Below are positions 13,927-27,366 of a stretch of 64,000 bases of DNA, piece by piece. The position numbers and the translations under genes were made by a program. This DNA is from Guillardia theta CCMP2712. Taxonomy: Eukaryota; Protista; Cryptophyta. The DNA lies in NCBI RefSeq assembly GCF_000315625.1, contig NW_005434612.1, positions 1 through 64,000 on the forward strand, written 5' to 3'. How positions within the stretch are numbered: the first letter of the stretch is position 1; each line of letters opens with the position of its first letter. The notes beneath the pieces were generated by a model that did not search any database, was not told where the DNA came from, and saw only the letters and a program-made list of their open reading frames with translations.

Positions 13927-13990
13927 ATAGTCAGGAGCAGAGAGGAAAGAGGAAGGCCTTACTTGGGAACGTGACAGGGCAGTCTCAAGA
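11050..13990 (+). CDS. EF-hand + PDZ protein, 5' part of a highly interrupted locus
   Basis: EF-hand loops LDGKGNGQLSQDEFI (about 11105) and MDADRDGLIDYEHFI (about 11390); PDZ-like GGVGMLL...FTVKDLVRGHAASKQGSIARGDELVAVDGKPI (12855-13107). Confidence 0.7.
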
Positions 13991-14469
13991 TTAATCCCCC
14001 TAGGTGACAGAGCAGACTCTATGTCCGAGTTTTGAGGTACTCTCCTCCTCCTCCTCCCCATCCTCCTCCTCCTCCTCCTCGTTACCCTTCCTGTATCTCC
14101 CTTTCTGATCGTTTTTCCTTCAATCTCGAGTCATTTGTTCACTTTTGTCTGGCGCTCCCCCAAAAGTTTCTCCCTTGACCTCTCACTTTTGTCGTGGCGT
14201 CNNNNNNNNNNNNNNNNNNNNNNNNNNNNNNNNNNNNNNNNNNNNNNNNNNNNNNNNNNNNNNNNNNNNNNNNNNNNNNNNNNNNNNNNNNNNNNNNNNN
14301 NCATCCCACTAGCTCCCCCCCGCCCCGTTCTCCCCAACGCACCGCACCCCCTCACCACTATCATATGCAGAACTACCTTCCCGTAGATTTTTTAGTAACG
14401 GCCAGAATGAGAGGGGGGAGGGTCGTCGGGAGAGGGGGGGCGCGGAATATCTGAGGAGGAGACTGCAGG

Positions 14470-15901
14470 TCTATCCAACGCAGACCTCAAAATAACATCG
14501 CCTGCTGTTTTGAGTATCCTCGGTACCTCCCAGCTACAGCACCAGCAGCAGCACCAGCAGTACCAGCAGCAGTACCAGCAGCAGCTGCAACAACAGCACC
14601 AGCTACAGCACCAGCAGCAATATCATCATCATCATCATCATCCGCAGCACCAGCACCAGCACCAGCACCAGCACCATCCTCCTCCTCCTCTTGCTTCTCC
14701 TGGGCCCAACACTTGGAGTGTCAAACTGCTTCCTCACACAGTTGTAGGGAGAATCAAAGCAAGTGCAGGAACAGGAGAGGGAAGAGGAGGAGACGGGAGG
14801 GGAGGAGGAGGAGGAGGAGCGCAAGCAAAGAGACATATGACGAGGTGATTGACTTCATGATAGTCAGATGAGCGTCTGACAGCAGAGCTTGCAGCAGGTC
14901 AGACTCGATGAAGAGGAGAAGTAGAAAGAAGAATGAGCATCCTTTTCCTCAGGTACCTCCTCCCTTCCCCTCCCTTGTCTCCCCGCCTCCATCCCCTTGC
15001 GCTCCCGACGCCACCCCAGTCATACTCCTCATTCTCTCCCATCCCCTCCTCTCTCCTCCTTCCTCTGTCTCCCTCCCTCCCTCCCTCCCTCCCTCCCTCC
15101 CTCCCTCCCTCCCTCCCTCCCTGACCCTCTTTCTCCCTCCTAGAGGTCTCTTGCTCTCTGTGGGGTAGCCGGAGCTGGCCTTCACACGCCATTCCCAAAG
15201 CGATGTCCTTTCGCCTCATCATACGCCGTTACGAAACCGTTTTCCATGTTCAGGTGGTTGCACCGTTTCATATGTTGCGGTGTAACAGAAACGGAAACCG
15301 TTAATTCGTGCACCACCCACCGGCTGAACAATAATACCCAATTCTTCCCATTGCATTCACAGGGGTGAAGGAAAGGCAAGCTAGGACAACCCCACCTGGA
15401 GACAAACCAACAAAAATATTAGAAGGAGGGGGTACATATGATAATCATTCTACCCCCACCCCATCCCATTCATGCAGGGGTAACCAACCCAAATACTAAT
15501 TTTACAAGTAATTTTAGAGAATCATAATGTACCCCCCCGAAGAACCAAAATCTTCACCCACTTTTCATTATATCACTGTAAAATGAAATTGGTACTCTTT
15601 TGTATAGATAAAAACAATTTTCTTCGTATAAACTATTACTCAAAATTTATGTATATTCGTACGGAAAAGTGTCGAAAAAGAGGATTTTCGTAGTGGCTGT
15701 TACACAAATACCTCGATCCAGTCATGTGGNNNNNNNNNNNNNNNNNNNNNNNNNNNNNNNNNNNNNNNNNNNNNNNNNNNNNNNNNNNNNNNNNNNNNNN
15801 NNNNNNNNNNNNNNNNNNNNNNNNNNNNNTCCTCCTCCAGCTGATTCTTTCCAGGGGAAGATTTTTGTATCCGATGCCAGCAGAGTTCGATCTATTGCAG
15901 G

Positions 15902-15948
<47 letters not shown>

Positions 15949-16213
15949 AGAGGGCGATAGTTCGGGGGGACCAACTCCTTTCCATCGACGGCTGGCCAGT
16001 CGCAGGGATGGAGCTGCAAGAGATTTCTGATCTCATACGGGGAGCACGAGGTAGAGGTGGACAGAGGTGGAGGGGGAAGACGATGAGGAGGAGGAGCAGG
16101 CGGAGGAGGAGGAGCAGGACGAGCAGAGAGATGTAATGAACGAGTCTGCAGGTACCTCGACAGAGCTGATGCTACGACCTAGAGACAGGTATGAGAAACG
16201 AAGAAGGACGGGG

Positions 16214-16295
<82 letters not shown>

Positions 16296-16865
16296 AACCA
16301 ATGAAGAGGAGTTGTCACTCGTTATATTCAGGTCAGTCGGGAACTTTTCGTCGCTCGAAAGGAAGAAGAATGTACGTTACAACTCCTCCCTCCTCCCTCC
16401 TCCCTCCTCCCTCCTCACTCCTCCCTCCTCCCTCCTCACTCCTCACTCCTCCCTCCTCCCTCCTACCTAAGTTTCTGACACTCCACCTTCAACCTCACAC
16501 CTATGTTGCCTCCTGCCGTCCTCTTTCAACCCTCCCCTTCCCCCCATGTTCCTGTTTCCCCTCCTGCTCCTCCTCATCCTCCGTCTCCTCTCCCTCCCCC
16601 TCCCCCTCCCCCTCCTCCTTCTCGTCCTTCTCATCCTCCTCTGTCTCCACCACCACCACCATCTCCTCCTCCTCCTCCTCCTCTCTTTCGTTCTCGTCAA
16701 ATCTGTTCGCAGGATTACAAAGTTGTCGCACTGAGAACCGACGGGAGGGAAAAGAACTTTTCGCCAGCAGCCCAGTTTGAGGAGGAAGACGAGGAGGAGG
16801 CAGAACAAAAATGGGACGAAGAGGAGCAGGAGCAGGACGAGGAGAAGGAAGACGAGGAGGTGGAG

Positions 16866-16896
<31 letters not shown>

Positions 16897-19607
16897 GCGA
16901 GGAGGACCCTCTTGAAAGGCTGCAGGTTGTGTGAATAGGTGATCTTGAAGAAAGTGAGATGAGCGGCGCAGGCTGTGGAAGGCGAGGAGAACGAGGATTT
17001 TTTCGACCAGTGGCACGACGCGATCTGTGAAGTGAGATAAAGATGAGAGAAATGGAGAGATGGGATATGATGAGAGAGGAGGAGAGGAGAGGAGAGGAGA
17101 GGAGAGGAGAGGAGAGGAGAGTGGAGGAGAGTTGAGTGGAGGGAAAGGATGAAAAGTGCAGACCAGGTTGGAGGAAGAGGAGGAGAAAGGAGGCGCAAGG
17201 AAGAGGAGAAGAGGGAGGGAGGTAACTTGGGAAGAGCAGTGACTTGTGAATCAGGTGATGGCGAAGAAACAAGGAGCGAAGAAGATTCAGCAAGTGCTGG
17301 TAGATGGAGACGATATCATAGTGCGAGGAGGTAGAAACCTTCTCAGGAGTCTAGAGCAGAAGGTAGGGCATGCAACCTGCCTGCCGCCGCATCATCAACC
17401 GCGTGAGAACTCTCTCCTGAGTCTCGTTACAGTCTTCACCCTTCATCAATCTCAACCTGGATAATCTGCGAGGACATGTGGAGATGCTGTCAGAAGTAGG
17501 AGACTTGTTCCACACAGGTAATGAAAGCCAGTCAGCAACGATCATCGGTTGATGTTGCTGTTTGCAAGACGAGCCGGCATGCCACAGTGATCGATCGCAC
17601 TCTACGATGAATTCAGACATGTTGGGTGAGATGAGCTGATAGCTTCCCTTGCGCTCAAACTCATCGTTCCACAGCTCAACCCTACGACTCTTTCATGGAT
17701 GTTGTGCCAACTGCTCTTGACTCACGTGGAACAAGAAGTGACACGTGTTTTTCAGGTTGGTCATGATGTTGACAACCACTTGATGTATGATTACAACATC
17801 GAAGGTTCTCAATCATTGCAGCATGACAGCGCTCTTGACTGTCGTGCAGATGCCGAAGTCAGACAGGTTTTGAACACCTGGAACGAAGAACAAGCTTATG
17901 TGCGAACAAACTTTGGAGTTCCATGTGTTGCTGTGTTACAACCGTCTATTCTGTCCCTTTCAAACTGGTCATCATGACAACACCGTGTGCAAGCACACAA
18001 TCCAACATGTCAAACTTGTCAACCTGACAGCTCAGCTGACTGAGGGTTCGCTGACTCTAACGTGTTCTTCTGAAGGTGTTTCAAGAAGAACTGTTGACAA
18101 ACGACGCTGTTGGCGAGCTAATGACATACTCCTCATGGTAAGGAAGCATCAATCTCAATCTCAACCATCAGCAGTGTGCGCGTTGTCTCATGTTTGACAA
18201 GTTCACTTGTCAGGGCGGATGCAAACGACTATCACATGAGTCACAACTCTCAGCCTCTTAGTCTCCCCCCTGCCGACCTCCCCAGCTGCTCCTCTCTGGT
18301 GCTGAGACAAGGTCCTCCTCCTCCTCCTCCTCCTCCTCCTCCTCCTCCTCCGTCCTCCTCCTCCTCCTCCTCCTCCTCCTCCTCCTCCTCCTCCTCCTCC
18401 TCCTCCTCCTCCTCCTCCTCCTCCTCCTCCTCCTCCTCCTCCTCCTCCTCCTCCTCCTCCTGCTGACTCGCTCATCCTCCAGACCTCCATCACATCGTCC
18501 TCATAAGCCCCGCGATCTGCAAGGAGAGGTAACGATACAAGTTTCTGCTTCCATTTGCCCCTTCATCTCCTTACACTCCATCTCCCCTCTATATCCTCCT
18601 CCTTCCCTCCCCCCCCTCCCTCCTCCTCCTCCCTTTTTTTCTTCCTCCTCCTCCTCCTCCTCCTCTTCCGCACGCACCCTCCTCCAACCTCCTCCTCCTC
18701 CTCTTCATGTTTCTCATCATTACGGTCATTACCAACCTCACCAACGTTGCGATACCAACAAGTTCAAGTAGCTCATAGCAATCCTATCAGATCGCCTCGG
18801 AGATCGAAGCGAGGTTCCGCTTCTACGGTCCTGTTCCTCCAACCTCCTTCTCCTCCTCCTGACGCCTCCTACAGTATGCAATTACTGCTTCGTCCTGTGG
18901 AAGAAAATCGCAAGACTTCAACGGGTTCTGCGTCAGAGTGTGTTTGCAGATCAAATCGCTCGCATGCTCGGTATCAAGATCCCCGTCAATCCTGTCGCTC
19001 ATGCTTCCTTCGCAGACCAGTACGACATCAGGCGTAAGATATCCTCCTGCTTCCACAAGTGGAGCAAGGAGGCCAGTCGCCCCAGACGCATCGCGTACGT
19101 CCGCGCAGTTCCTGCTCCCTCCTCCTTGTCCTCCTCACTTGCCCGGCAGGTGGATCACGAAACTCCTCACCCTCAACGCTCGTCACGCCCTGACAGACGC
19201 TGCCTTCCTGGGCTGGCGGGCAGTCATCCACACAAACATCAGGCAGAGGAGGAGGGAGGAGGAGGGGGAACGCAGGAGGAGGGGGAGGAAGGAGGATAAG
19301 GAGGAGGAGGGGGGAGAGGGGGAACAGGAAGAAGTGCAGGAAGACAGCAAGGGGAGGATGGAAAGAGGAGGAGGAGGGCATCGAAGCCATGCAGCTGAAG
19401 AAGTCGTGCAGGCACTGGGAGGATCAGAAGAAGATTATGCTGCGAAGAATCAAAAGACGATCAATGCTTGTCTTCAACAAGTAAGTGCCCTGTGTTCCAC
19501 TGAGGAGGAGGAGGAGGAGGAGGAGAGGTTCAAGGGGAGGGGGAGGAGAAGGAGGAGTAGGGGGGGGGGGGATTGCGGGCAGAAGCTGCAAGAGCAAGCG
19601 CAGTAGC

Positions 19608-19646
<39 letters not shown>

Positions 19647-19733
19647 GTGCCATGATCGGAGGGCTCACTTACTGATCAACTTGTTTGCAGGTGGGCTGAG
19701 GCAGCTTTCGATTATCGTCGGGCAGCCAACTGA
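14470..19733 (+). CDS. PDZ-containing protein with polyQ/H and acidic tracts and C-terminal Trp-spaced helical repeats (possibly the same gene as 11050-13990)
   Basis: PDZ: AIVRGDQLLSIDGWPVAGMELQEISDLIRG / GTSTELMLRP (15950-16180); C-terminal exons SSCFHKWSKE, DAAFLGWRAV, VFNK/WAEAAFDYRRAAN*; the model crosses assembly gaps. Confidence 0.5.
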
Positions 19734-19756
19734 CTGAGAGTGACTAACTAAATGAA

Positions 19757-19974
19757 TTCGATCACTACTTGACTCAAAGGCTCATTCAGACTTCTTCGAT
19801 CACTACTTGACTCAAAGGCTCATTCAGACTTCTTCGATCACTACTTGACTCAAAGGCTCATTCAGACTTCTTCGATCACTACTTGACTCAAAGGCTCATT
19901 CAGACTTCTTCGATCACTACTTGACTCAAAGGCTCATTCAGACTTCTTCGGTCACTACTTGACTCAAAGGCTCA
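19757..19974. repeat. 38-bp tandem repeat (ttcgatcactacttgactcaaaggctcattcagacttc), 5 copies plus a partial sixth
   Basis: Near-perfect head-to-tail copies with no spacers. Confidence 0.95.
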
Positions 19975-22317
19975 CTGTCGGACGCCGCAGCCGTCAGTGA
20001 GCTGTCGAACCGTTTAACTGTGATTGCCAAACTTACCATAGTAGTACTACTCGTCCGAAGGCCCAGTACTCAAAGGAGTCGTTACTACTAGTACAGTAAA
20101 CCGTTCAAGGTTTGAAAGTTCAGTGATCGCCGAGCGGAGCGGCGGGTGCCATCACAGAGTCACTTGTGGCCCGGCGGGCCGAGGCTGCGGCCGCTCCGGG
20201 CCGGGCCCGGACTCCGGAGATCATCGGATGTTCCCCTCGGGACTCCGACTGACGGAGTTTGCTGGAGTAAACTGTTTATTGCAATCGTTGATAAAAACAG
20301 CAATAAAATACTGTCGGGTCAGCAGTAAAGCAGGAAATTAAATGGTTTTAAAATAAAATATTGACCAGAAGTAAAGTACCACAAACTTTACTCAAAGATC
20401 TATCTTGAGTTTCTAGGGGACCTGACTTTGTCCCTGTCGACACCCCTACCCCCTTATTCAAAGTAAAAGTGACGGGTCACTTGAGACGAGGCTTTCAGCC
20501 CGTGACCACTTGACCTGCACCTATGTACCCCCTCCATGTACCATAAAGGACCCACCCTATTTACGACCATGTGGTCACATCCTTCCGATTTCTTTTTTCC
20601 GCATGGGACAGCCGAGCCCACATCCCCATACTTCCAATTTCCTGGGGATGTGACAGAGATTAGAGGGGGTAGGGGTACTTGATGACCCCTATAGATCCCT
20701 TCCTCTATGTGGAATTATCTGGGTACATTAATCAAATGTGGGGTACTAAGTACTAGGTGTATCAGTCACGGGGGGGACAGGAATCGGGGACTCATTTAGG
20801 GCGCTGACCCGGGGAGTACAGTCTTTTGTGGGGTGAGGGGTCCCCTTCCAGGGGGTGGGACAATTCTAGCAGAAAACGACACCGCAAAGGTGGGGTATAA
20901 ATTAGGCAAAAGTAGGGGTCAAAGATCTAGAATGGAAACTTTCTGTGCTCCGGACCACGGGTGAGGACCAGGGGGTGATTACATGAATTTGGAGTAGAGT
21001 TGACCAGGGAATATTAGTACTAAGGGGTGGTTAGTTTCAAGAGGGAGAAGTAGGGGTGGGGGTAAAACCCTATTCTAGTCAAGATCAATAGTACCACTGA
21101 CCAGGGGAGCGATAAAAGATAGCGATTCTCGGGGTGGGGTGGTGGACTGTGACACCCATTCAAAATGTGCGATGGTGTTATGATGCAAGCAAGGTTATCA
21201 ACTACCTATTCAAGGTAGAGAATTCTTCGATAGAGACAATAATAAATTAAGGTATACCATGGTAGTTCACAGTTGCTCCATTTAAGTACCAGTGACGACA
21301 CCAAAGGGTGGGGTACGTCGATATTTGGGAGGGTGGTCAAAATCAGGAAGTCATTGGGAAGACAGGGGGGGTTAATTGACTACTCGTGATTTTCCTGGCG
21401 TTCGATTTCAGTTCCCGGTGTTTACCGAGAAGACAGGGTGGGTACTGATTTCAGACCAAGATGGGGTATAAAATGTATCATGTATAGGGGTACTTTGAAA
21501 AATCTTGCTGTTTAAGGGGGTGGGGTGGTTGTGACAAAACATGGGGACGTGGATCTGTCGACAAGGAGTCACAATGGAGGAAAGTACCACCCCTCCAATT
21601 TACTGTGATGATTTTGCAAGGGTGGGTGGGTCATGCAAATGACCAGGGACGTGAGAGTGGGGGAAAGCTGTAGACGGGAACTTTGGACTACTGGGGTAGT
21701 CCTTCAACGGGGGTACGTGAGGGGGGGGTGTTACAAGCCATGGGTGGATGGAGATTACGAAGGGCTTCAAAGAAGGTAGTAACAATGCATGCGAGATTTT
21801 TCTATATGTACACTAGATAAAAGTCTTGACTAGGACCTGCTTTGTTTTGATTTCAAAAATACAGTAACACCCCTACCACCCAAATGTACCATCCGACAAC
21901 AAGTACCCACCAATTCCCTTTCTCGTACCCCTCCTGAGATGCCGAGGTGACCGTATCGTGTACACCACATGCTGACTCCCTTGGTGTAAGTACCCCACCA
22001 AATAACCAACGATCTGTGGTTGAAAATACCGGTACTGAAATACCCACCCTCGCTTCCACGTCGGGGTCTGAATTCCCTCCGCCTACATAGTTCGCTGCCA
22101 CAGGATTCGTGCTCCAACCTCGTCGTTGCTCGTCCATTTGATCGCTGTTACTCCCTCCCTCCCTCCTTCTCCTTCTCTCCTCCTTGTCTTTCCTGTCGCG
22201 TCGTCCATCTTCCGCCTTCCTTCTTCTTGATTCCCTCCCCCTTGCTACTTCTGCCTCCGAAGCACGGTCTCTTTCGAATCGTTGGATTTCGACTGGACAA
22301 CAGAATCACCACATCAG

Positions 22318-23109
22318 ATGCTTGCAATCGATCATGTGCCCGCAGTGATGGTGAGGCACCAGCACTTCGCCTCTAGTGCATCCAGCTCACTCTTCGACGA
22401 GGCTTTGGAGTACATGGAACAGAGCAACCTCACAGGGTCTCACTCGCGCTTTCACAGCCCTCTGCCACGTTCTTGCTCCTCATGCAGCGCAACAAGCGGG
22501 ACAAGCTCCGACAGTTCGAATGCTCAGGAGCAAGACCTTGTCTCTGCGCTTCTTGAACTCTCGGGAAATAGCAAGGTGGCTAACCCCTCAGATTCCTGCT
22601 CGGCGCATGCTCTGGAAGACGTGAAACCGCAGTTCCTTCCTTGGAGCTTGGTCGCGTTGATGCCCCCGGGAAGCAAGCACGTCTTTCCGTCAAACTTTAC
22701 GTACCCCTTGATGGAAAATAGAACGCGCTCGCCGGATTTCTCGGACGATTCTAACATGCACTTGTTTAGCTCGATGTATGCAGGTCAGTTTGCCGTCGAG
22801 CCCTGATGTTCTGTATCTTGACATGTGTGCTTCACAGGATCCAAAGCTCATCCCAGCAAATTAAAGAGGAAGCATCATTCGCAAGAATCAGTAGCTGTCC
22901 TCCAGGTCTGTCCAATGTGGCTGTGCACGAAAGTTTTGCTGACTTGGGGTCACCAGGAATGGCTGTTCGCGAACATGTCAAAGCCATTTCCAACTAACTA
23001 CGAGAAGAAGGAGTTGGCCATGAAGAGTGGGTTGAGTCAAGCTCAAATAGTTCATTGGTTCAACAACGCAAGAAAGCGAATCTGTAGAGTCCTAAACAAA
23101 GCAAACTAG
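22318..23109 (+). CDS. TALE-class (KN-type) homeodomain transcription factor, 3 exons
   Basis: Spliced C-terminus KRKHHSQESVAVLQ/EWLFANMSKPFPTNYEKKELAMKSGLSQAQIVHWFNNARKR, with a PYP-like PFP turn and a WFxN helix 3; two short GT-AG introns. Confidence 0.9.
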
Positions 23110-23848
23110 ACTAAATTAAACACGAGCTTCGTGGTTTTCCTTTCTAAGGACTGCCTTGATATCCTCCGCCTTCTCCGTGTGTCATAGTCGTCTGGTGGAT
23201 AGACGAGATGATATTTGGTGGTGTTTACTTTTACTGTAAGAATTCTAATTTTTCAGGGAGGGAGCGGAAACCTCAATAACTTTTTGTTGGCTCCTGCATA
23301 CTTACTTTGACGTTGCTGTTTGTAGAGATGTAAGTTTTTTTATTCAACCTCCCTTTCGTGCACGTTGCTTGCAAGTAGACCTCGTCATGTTGTCTTACAC
23401 ATCACATTTGCTAGGTTACATAACCAGTCCGAACATTTCCACATTCCGATCAATGTACATGAGAAGCAGATACAGAGAGGCAGAGAGAAACCAATGTGAA
23501 CAAGAGGCAAAAGCGATCATAGAGGTGAAATGTGAGTGAGTCAAGCTGAAACAACCACCTTTATCATCACAACCACGTTCATACTGATTACTTGCAAGAC
23601 CTTCATTTTACCCCCTCCCAACTTCCAACCTGTCGACTCTTCCTCATCTCAAATATTCTGATCTTTCTCTCACATTCGCAAAGGAAACACGGACACTTGC
23701 TACAGCTCTCTATCCTCCAACAGCTCTGAAGCCATCAAACATACATTACACCTGCTGGATCGTCGCATCTGTGTTACAGCTCGCCTCAGTATTGAGTTAG
23801 GTGAACTTTAAAGGCAGTAGTTTAAAAAGGCTCAATCGCTCTAGTACG

Positions 23849-24404
23849 ATGCCGCTGTCCACAAGGAGGAGGTGGTGGCGAGGAGACACAGACTGTGACG
23901 AGGGGAGGAGGAGGAGGAGGAGGAGAAGGAGAAGGAGCACAAGAAGAGACAGAGGAGGAGGAGGAGGAGGAGGAGGAGGAGGAGGAACGACAGGGGAGAA
24001 GGAGGAGGAACGGTGGCTGGGAGCCAAGGGACACAACCAGAGACAGCAGGATGCAGCAGCCGCCAGCGAGCAGCGGGACGGCAAGTTTGCGTCCTGTATG
24101 GAAGAGGAAGACCTCGAACTGGTCCATCGTATTTGTTGTTGTCCAATACATCGCCATCCTCGTCGCTTTCATCTTGTTTGCAGCGCATGAGAGCGGCGAA
24201 ATGAAGAAGGACGTGAGGAAAGCAGGACCCCCTGACTCGCTCTCGGTCATGAAGGTTGCCAGCAAGGAGGAGCCGAGAGAGCTGCACTCGAAGCCGGTGA
24301 TGAGGAAGCGAAACATGGTGGAGGAGCACAGGAGCAACCGATCCCTGAATACGAAGAAGGCTCTGTCCCGGATATCCCAGGGGGGCAAGGGGAGAGGAGA
24401 CTGA
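23849..24404 (+). CDS. Small hypothetical protein with one transmembrane helix
   Basis: NWSIVFVVVQYIAILVAFILFAA hydrophobic segment followed by a coding-like hydrophilic tail; 5' structure unclear. Confidence 0.45.
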
Positions 24405-24497
24405 GAGATGAGGTGGGGGAAGGGGTAGCAGGAGGAGTTAAGTTTGATGCAGAGCTCGTTGCGATTCAGCACATGTGATAAACAACATGTACAACTT

Positions 24498-26484
24498 TTA
24501 CTCTGTGAGCACAGAGCGGAGGAGGCGCGCGAGGTTCTTGTACTGGTGGAGCAGGTCTTGTACCTGAGCGCAGCGAACAAGTGAGTAAGAATGCCGATCG
24601 GCAGCATGTGGAGATTTTAGACCTGACTGATCGGTATCTCCTCCGCCTCCTTCCCCTCGTAGCAGAAGGCAGGATGTGCCTCCAGCCTTCCAGCTGCTGC
24701 GAGGAGCCGCAGCTCGCTGCGAGCAGGGTGAGAAGACCCCAGCGAGCCTGAGGGCATAGTCCTTACCTCACTTCCAGCGCCTCCGGCACATGATCCCTCG
24801 CTCGCTCCCCGTCCCCGTCCTCTCCCTCCCCTCCCCCCTCCTCTTCCTCCCCCTCTTCCTCCCCCTCTCCTTCCTCCTTCCACCTCTCCTCGCCCGTGGT
24901 GTTGGTATCAAACATCCTGTCGTCCCACGAACCGAACCCGTCATCCTCCATCCCCCGATCTTGACCCCCGTGCGTCTCCCCTTCCACCCCCTTGGCGTCC
25001 ACCTCCTCTCCCGCCCCCGCGTCCTCCCTGCAGTTCGCGTGCTGCAGCTGCTGCAGCCTCGCCTGGAAGTGCGAGCGGAACTCCTCCTGCTCAATGGAAA
25101 GCGCGCCAGAGTGCGTGAGCTGACCCTCATTGGAGCAGACCTGCAGGGGAGTGAACGAGACAAGGAGGGGGCGGCAGAGGAGGAAGAGGAGGAGGAGCAC
25201 GGTGGGGGAGGAGGAGGAGACGGAGGGTGAGGGCAACGAGGAGGAGGAGGAGAAGGGGTGGGAGGAAGCAAGCACCTGCAGCAAGAAAGTCTCGGCAGAC
25301 ATGATGTTGGTGAGGCAGTATCCTTGCTCGCCGAGCAAGCGCGAGGGATGGCGGTAGTGGTAGATGAACTGCAGGTTTGAGTGAAGAGAAGGAGGGTTGG
25401 AGAGGATGATGATGTAGATCAAGAGTGGAAGAAGCTCGTCGGCTCCTGTCGCACTCTCGCTGCTCGTTGTCGCTAGCAGTTGGCTTGCAACCTTGCAGCA
25501 GTTGTACAGGCACACCAGCTTGTCCTTGGGCGACTTGTACGCGTTCATCCGCTGCAGCTCCAACTTTGCAACCTCTAGAGATTTCCCTCCTCGCTCGATG
25601 CAGTCATTGCTGATGTCAAGGTGGCAGGGCTGAAGAAACTGTAGGCAAAAGATCCTCGTCTGCAGCTCCTGGTCTAGCAGCTTGTCTTGCTCGACCACAG
25701 CGAACAGCTTGTGGTACAGCTTCACAGTCACAAGCTTCTCCACAGCTTCACTTGCTGCCTCTATCTCTTCCCTCCCTGCTCCCCTCCACGACGGATGCTC
25801 GCGCACGTACCCCTCCAGCTCCTCCAGGATTGAGATCAAAATTGCCGAGTCAAGGTGCAGCCGCTTCGACCTCCGCTCTGCGAGCACGCGGGACTGCAGG
25901 AGCTTCTTGAGGTCCCTGCAGCCGTTGAGCTTCTCCAGGAAGCTCTGGAAAGAGGAAGTTCTCTTGTCGCTGCTCGTCATGCTGCTCTCCTGCTGCGATA
26001 CGTTGAACCCTGCTGCTGCTGCTTCTCCTCCTCCCCCCCCTCCCCCTCCCCCTCCCCCTCCCCCTCCCCCTCCTGCAGCCGCCATCGCTCCTTCTCCTTT
26101 ACACAATCTTGGTATCTGCGCGTTCTCTTCGTCTATCGGCATCTTCTCCTTCCCCTGCATTCTCGTCACTGGATGTAGACTTTGCTTGTGAAACTAGTTC
26201 ACCTCAGCAGTCGCCGCACCGCTTACGCCCTTCACGCTATCACTGCCTGCTCTCTTGGATGGATTGTGATCGGCTGCATGCTCCGCTAGCTGGTTGGCAT
26301 GTGAACCTCCGAACCATGGGAGCGACAAGGACGTGGGAAGAAGAGACGACAACGAAGTCTTAGAAAGTTTCTCCTCACTCTTCGCGCTTTTCGCTTCCTT
26401 GTCTCCTGCATTTCTCTTCTCCTCCTCGACATGCCCATGGCTTGCTTCCTCACTTGTGAGTTCTCGAGCTGCTTCACTTCTCAT
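24498..26484 (-). CDS. VPS9: VPS9-domain Rab5 guanine nucleotide exchange factor (Rabex-5/VPS9a-like)
   Basis: ELQRMNAYKSPKDKLVCLYNCC...GADELLPLLIYIII...LHSNLQFIYHYR...GEQGYCLTN; last exons EIPISQ/VQDLLHQYKNL resemble the VPS9a-type C-terminal helix. Confidence 0.9.
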
Positions 26485-26757
26485 ATCCTTGCAATCTCAA
26501 TATCTGTTCGGAAGAATTTAGAGAACAATCAGCAAAGATTGGGTTTTACACAAGTTTCGATTCCCTCCCACCTCTCACCCCTACACTTTATGTTGCTCTC
26601 TTCGCCCTTCCATATCATCATCGTCATCAACATCATATCATGATCCTCCTGCTCCTGCTCCTGCTCCTCCTGCTCCTCCTCCTCCTCCTCCGGCTCCTCC
26701 TCCTCCTCCTCCTCCTCCTCCTCCTCCTCCTCCTCCTCCTCCTCCTCCTTGCTCCAT

Positions 26758-27366
26758 CTCCATCTTCCTCACTTGTTTGTTCCCATCTCTGCCTGCCTCC
26801 ATTCGTTATATGAAAGGCGAGGCGGACTGGCCAATGTTGACTTAAAAAAGGCAGAAAGGATACGAAGGATTTACTTAGTCAGTCCATTAGAGACAAGCTG
26901 AAAGACAGCAAATTCTGCCAGGCTGCTCTGCCAGGATCATGTGCTCTGCCCTGCCCTGCCTGCCATGCCCTGCCCTGCCCTGCCCTGCCCTGCTCTGTGC
27001 TCCTGCTCTGTGCTCCTGCTCCTGCTGCTCCTGCTGCTCCTGCTGCTCCTGCTCCTGCTCCTGCTCCTGCCGCGCTCCTGCTCCTGCTCCTGCTCCTGCT
27101 CCTCCTGCTCCTGCTCCTGCTCCTCCTCCTGCTCCTCCTCCTCCTCCTCCTCCTCCTCCTCCTCCTCCTCCATCTTCCTCACTTGTTTGTTCCCATCTGC
27201 GTGTGGAGTTGTATTTCTGCCTGCCTCCATTCGTTATATGAAAGGCGAGGCGGACTGGCCAATGTTGACCTTAAAAAAGGCAGAAAGGATACGAAGGATT
27301 TACTTAGTCAGTCCATTAGAGACAAGCTGAAAGACAGCAAATTCTGCCAGGCTGCTCTGCCAGGAT
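26758..27366. repeat. Local direct duplication of about 180 bp (26758-26937 and 27168-27366) embedded in CCT/CTGCTC/CTGCC microsatellites
   Basis: Near-identical ...attcgttatatgaaaggcgaggcggactggccaatgttgac...ctgccaggat; the second copy has a short extra insert. Confidence 0.9.

Noticed and set aside
14202-14301. Runs of N (also 15730-15829, 28087-28186, 50449-50548)
   Set aside because: Fixed 100-N scaffold gaps; ORFs spanning them are not meaningful.
19757-19974. CRISPR-like array (38-bp repeats)
   Set aside because: Units are head-to-tail with no unique spacers, there are no cas genes, and the context is eukaryotic.
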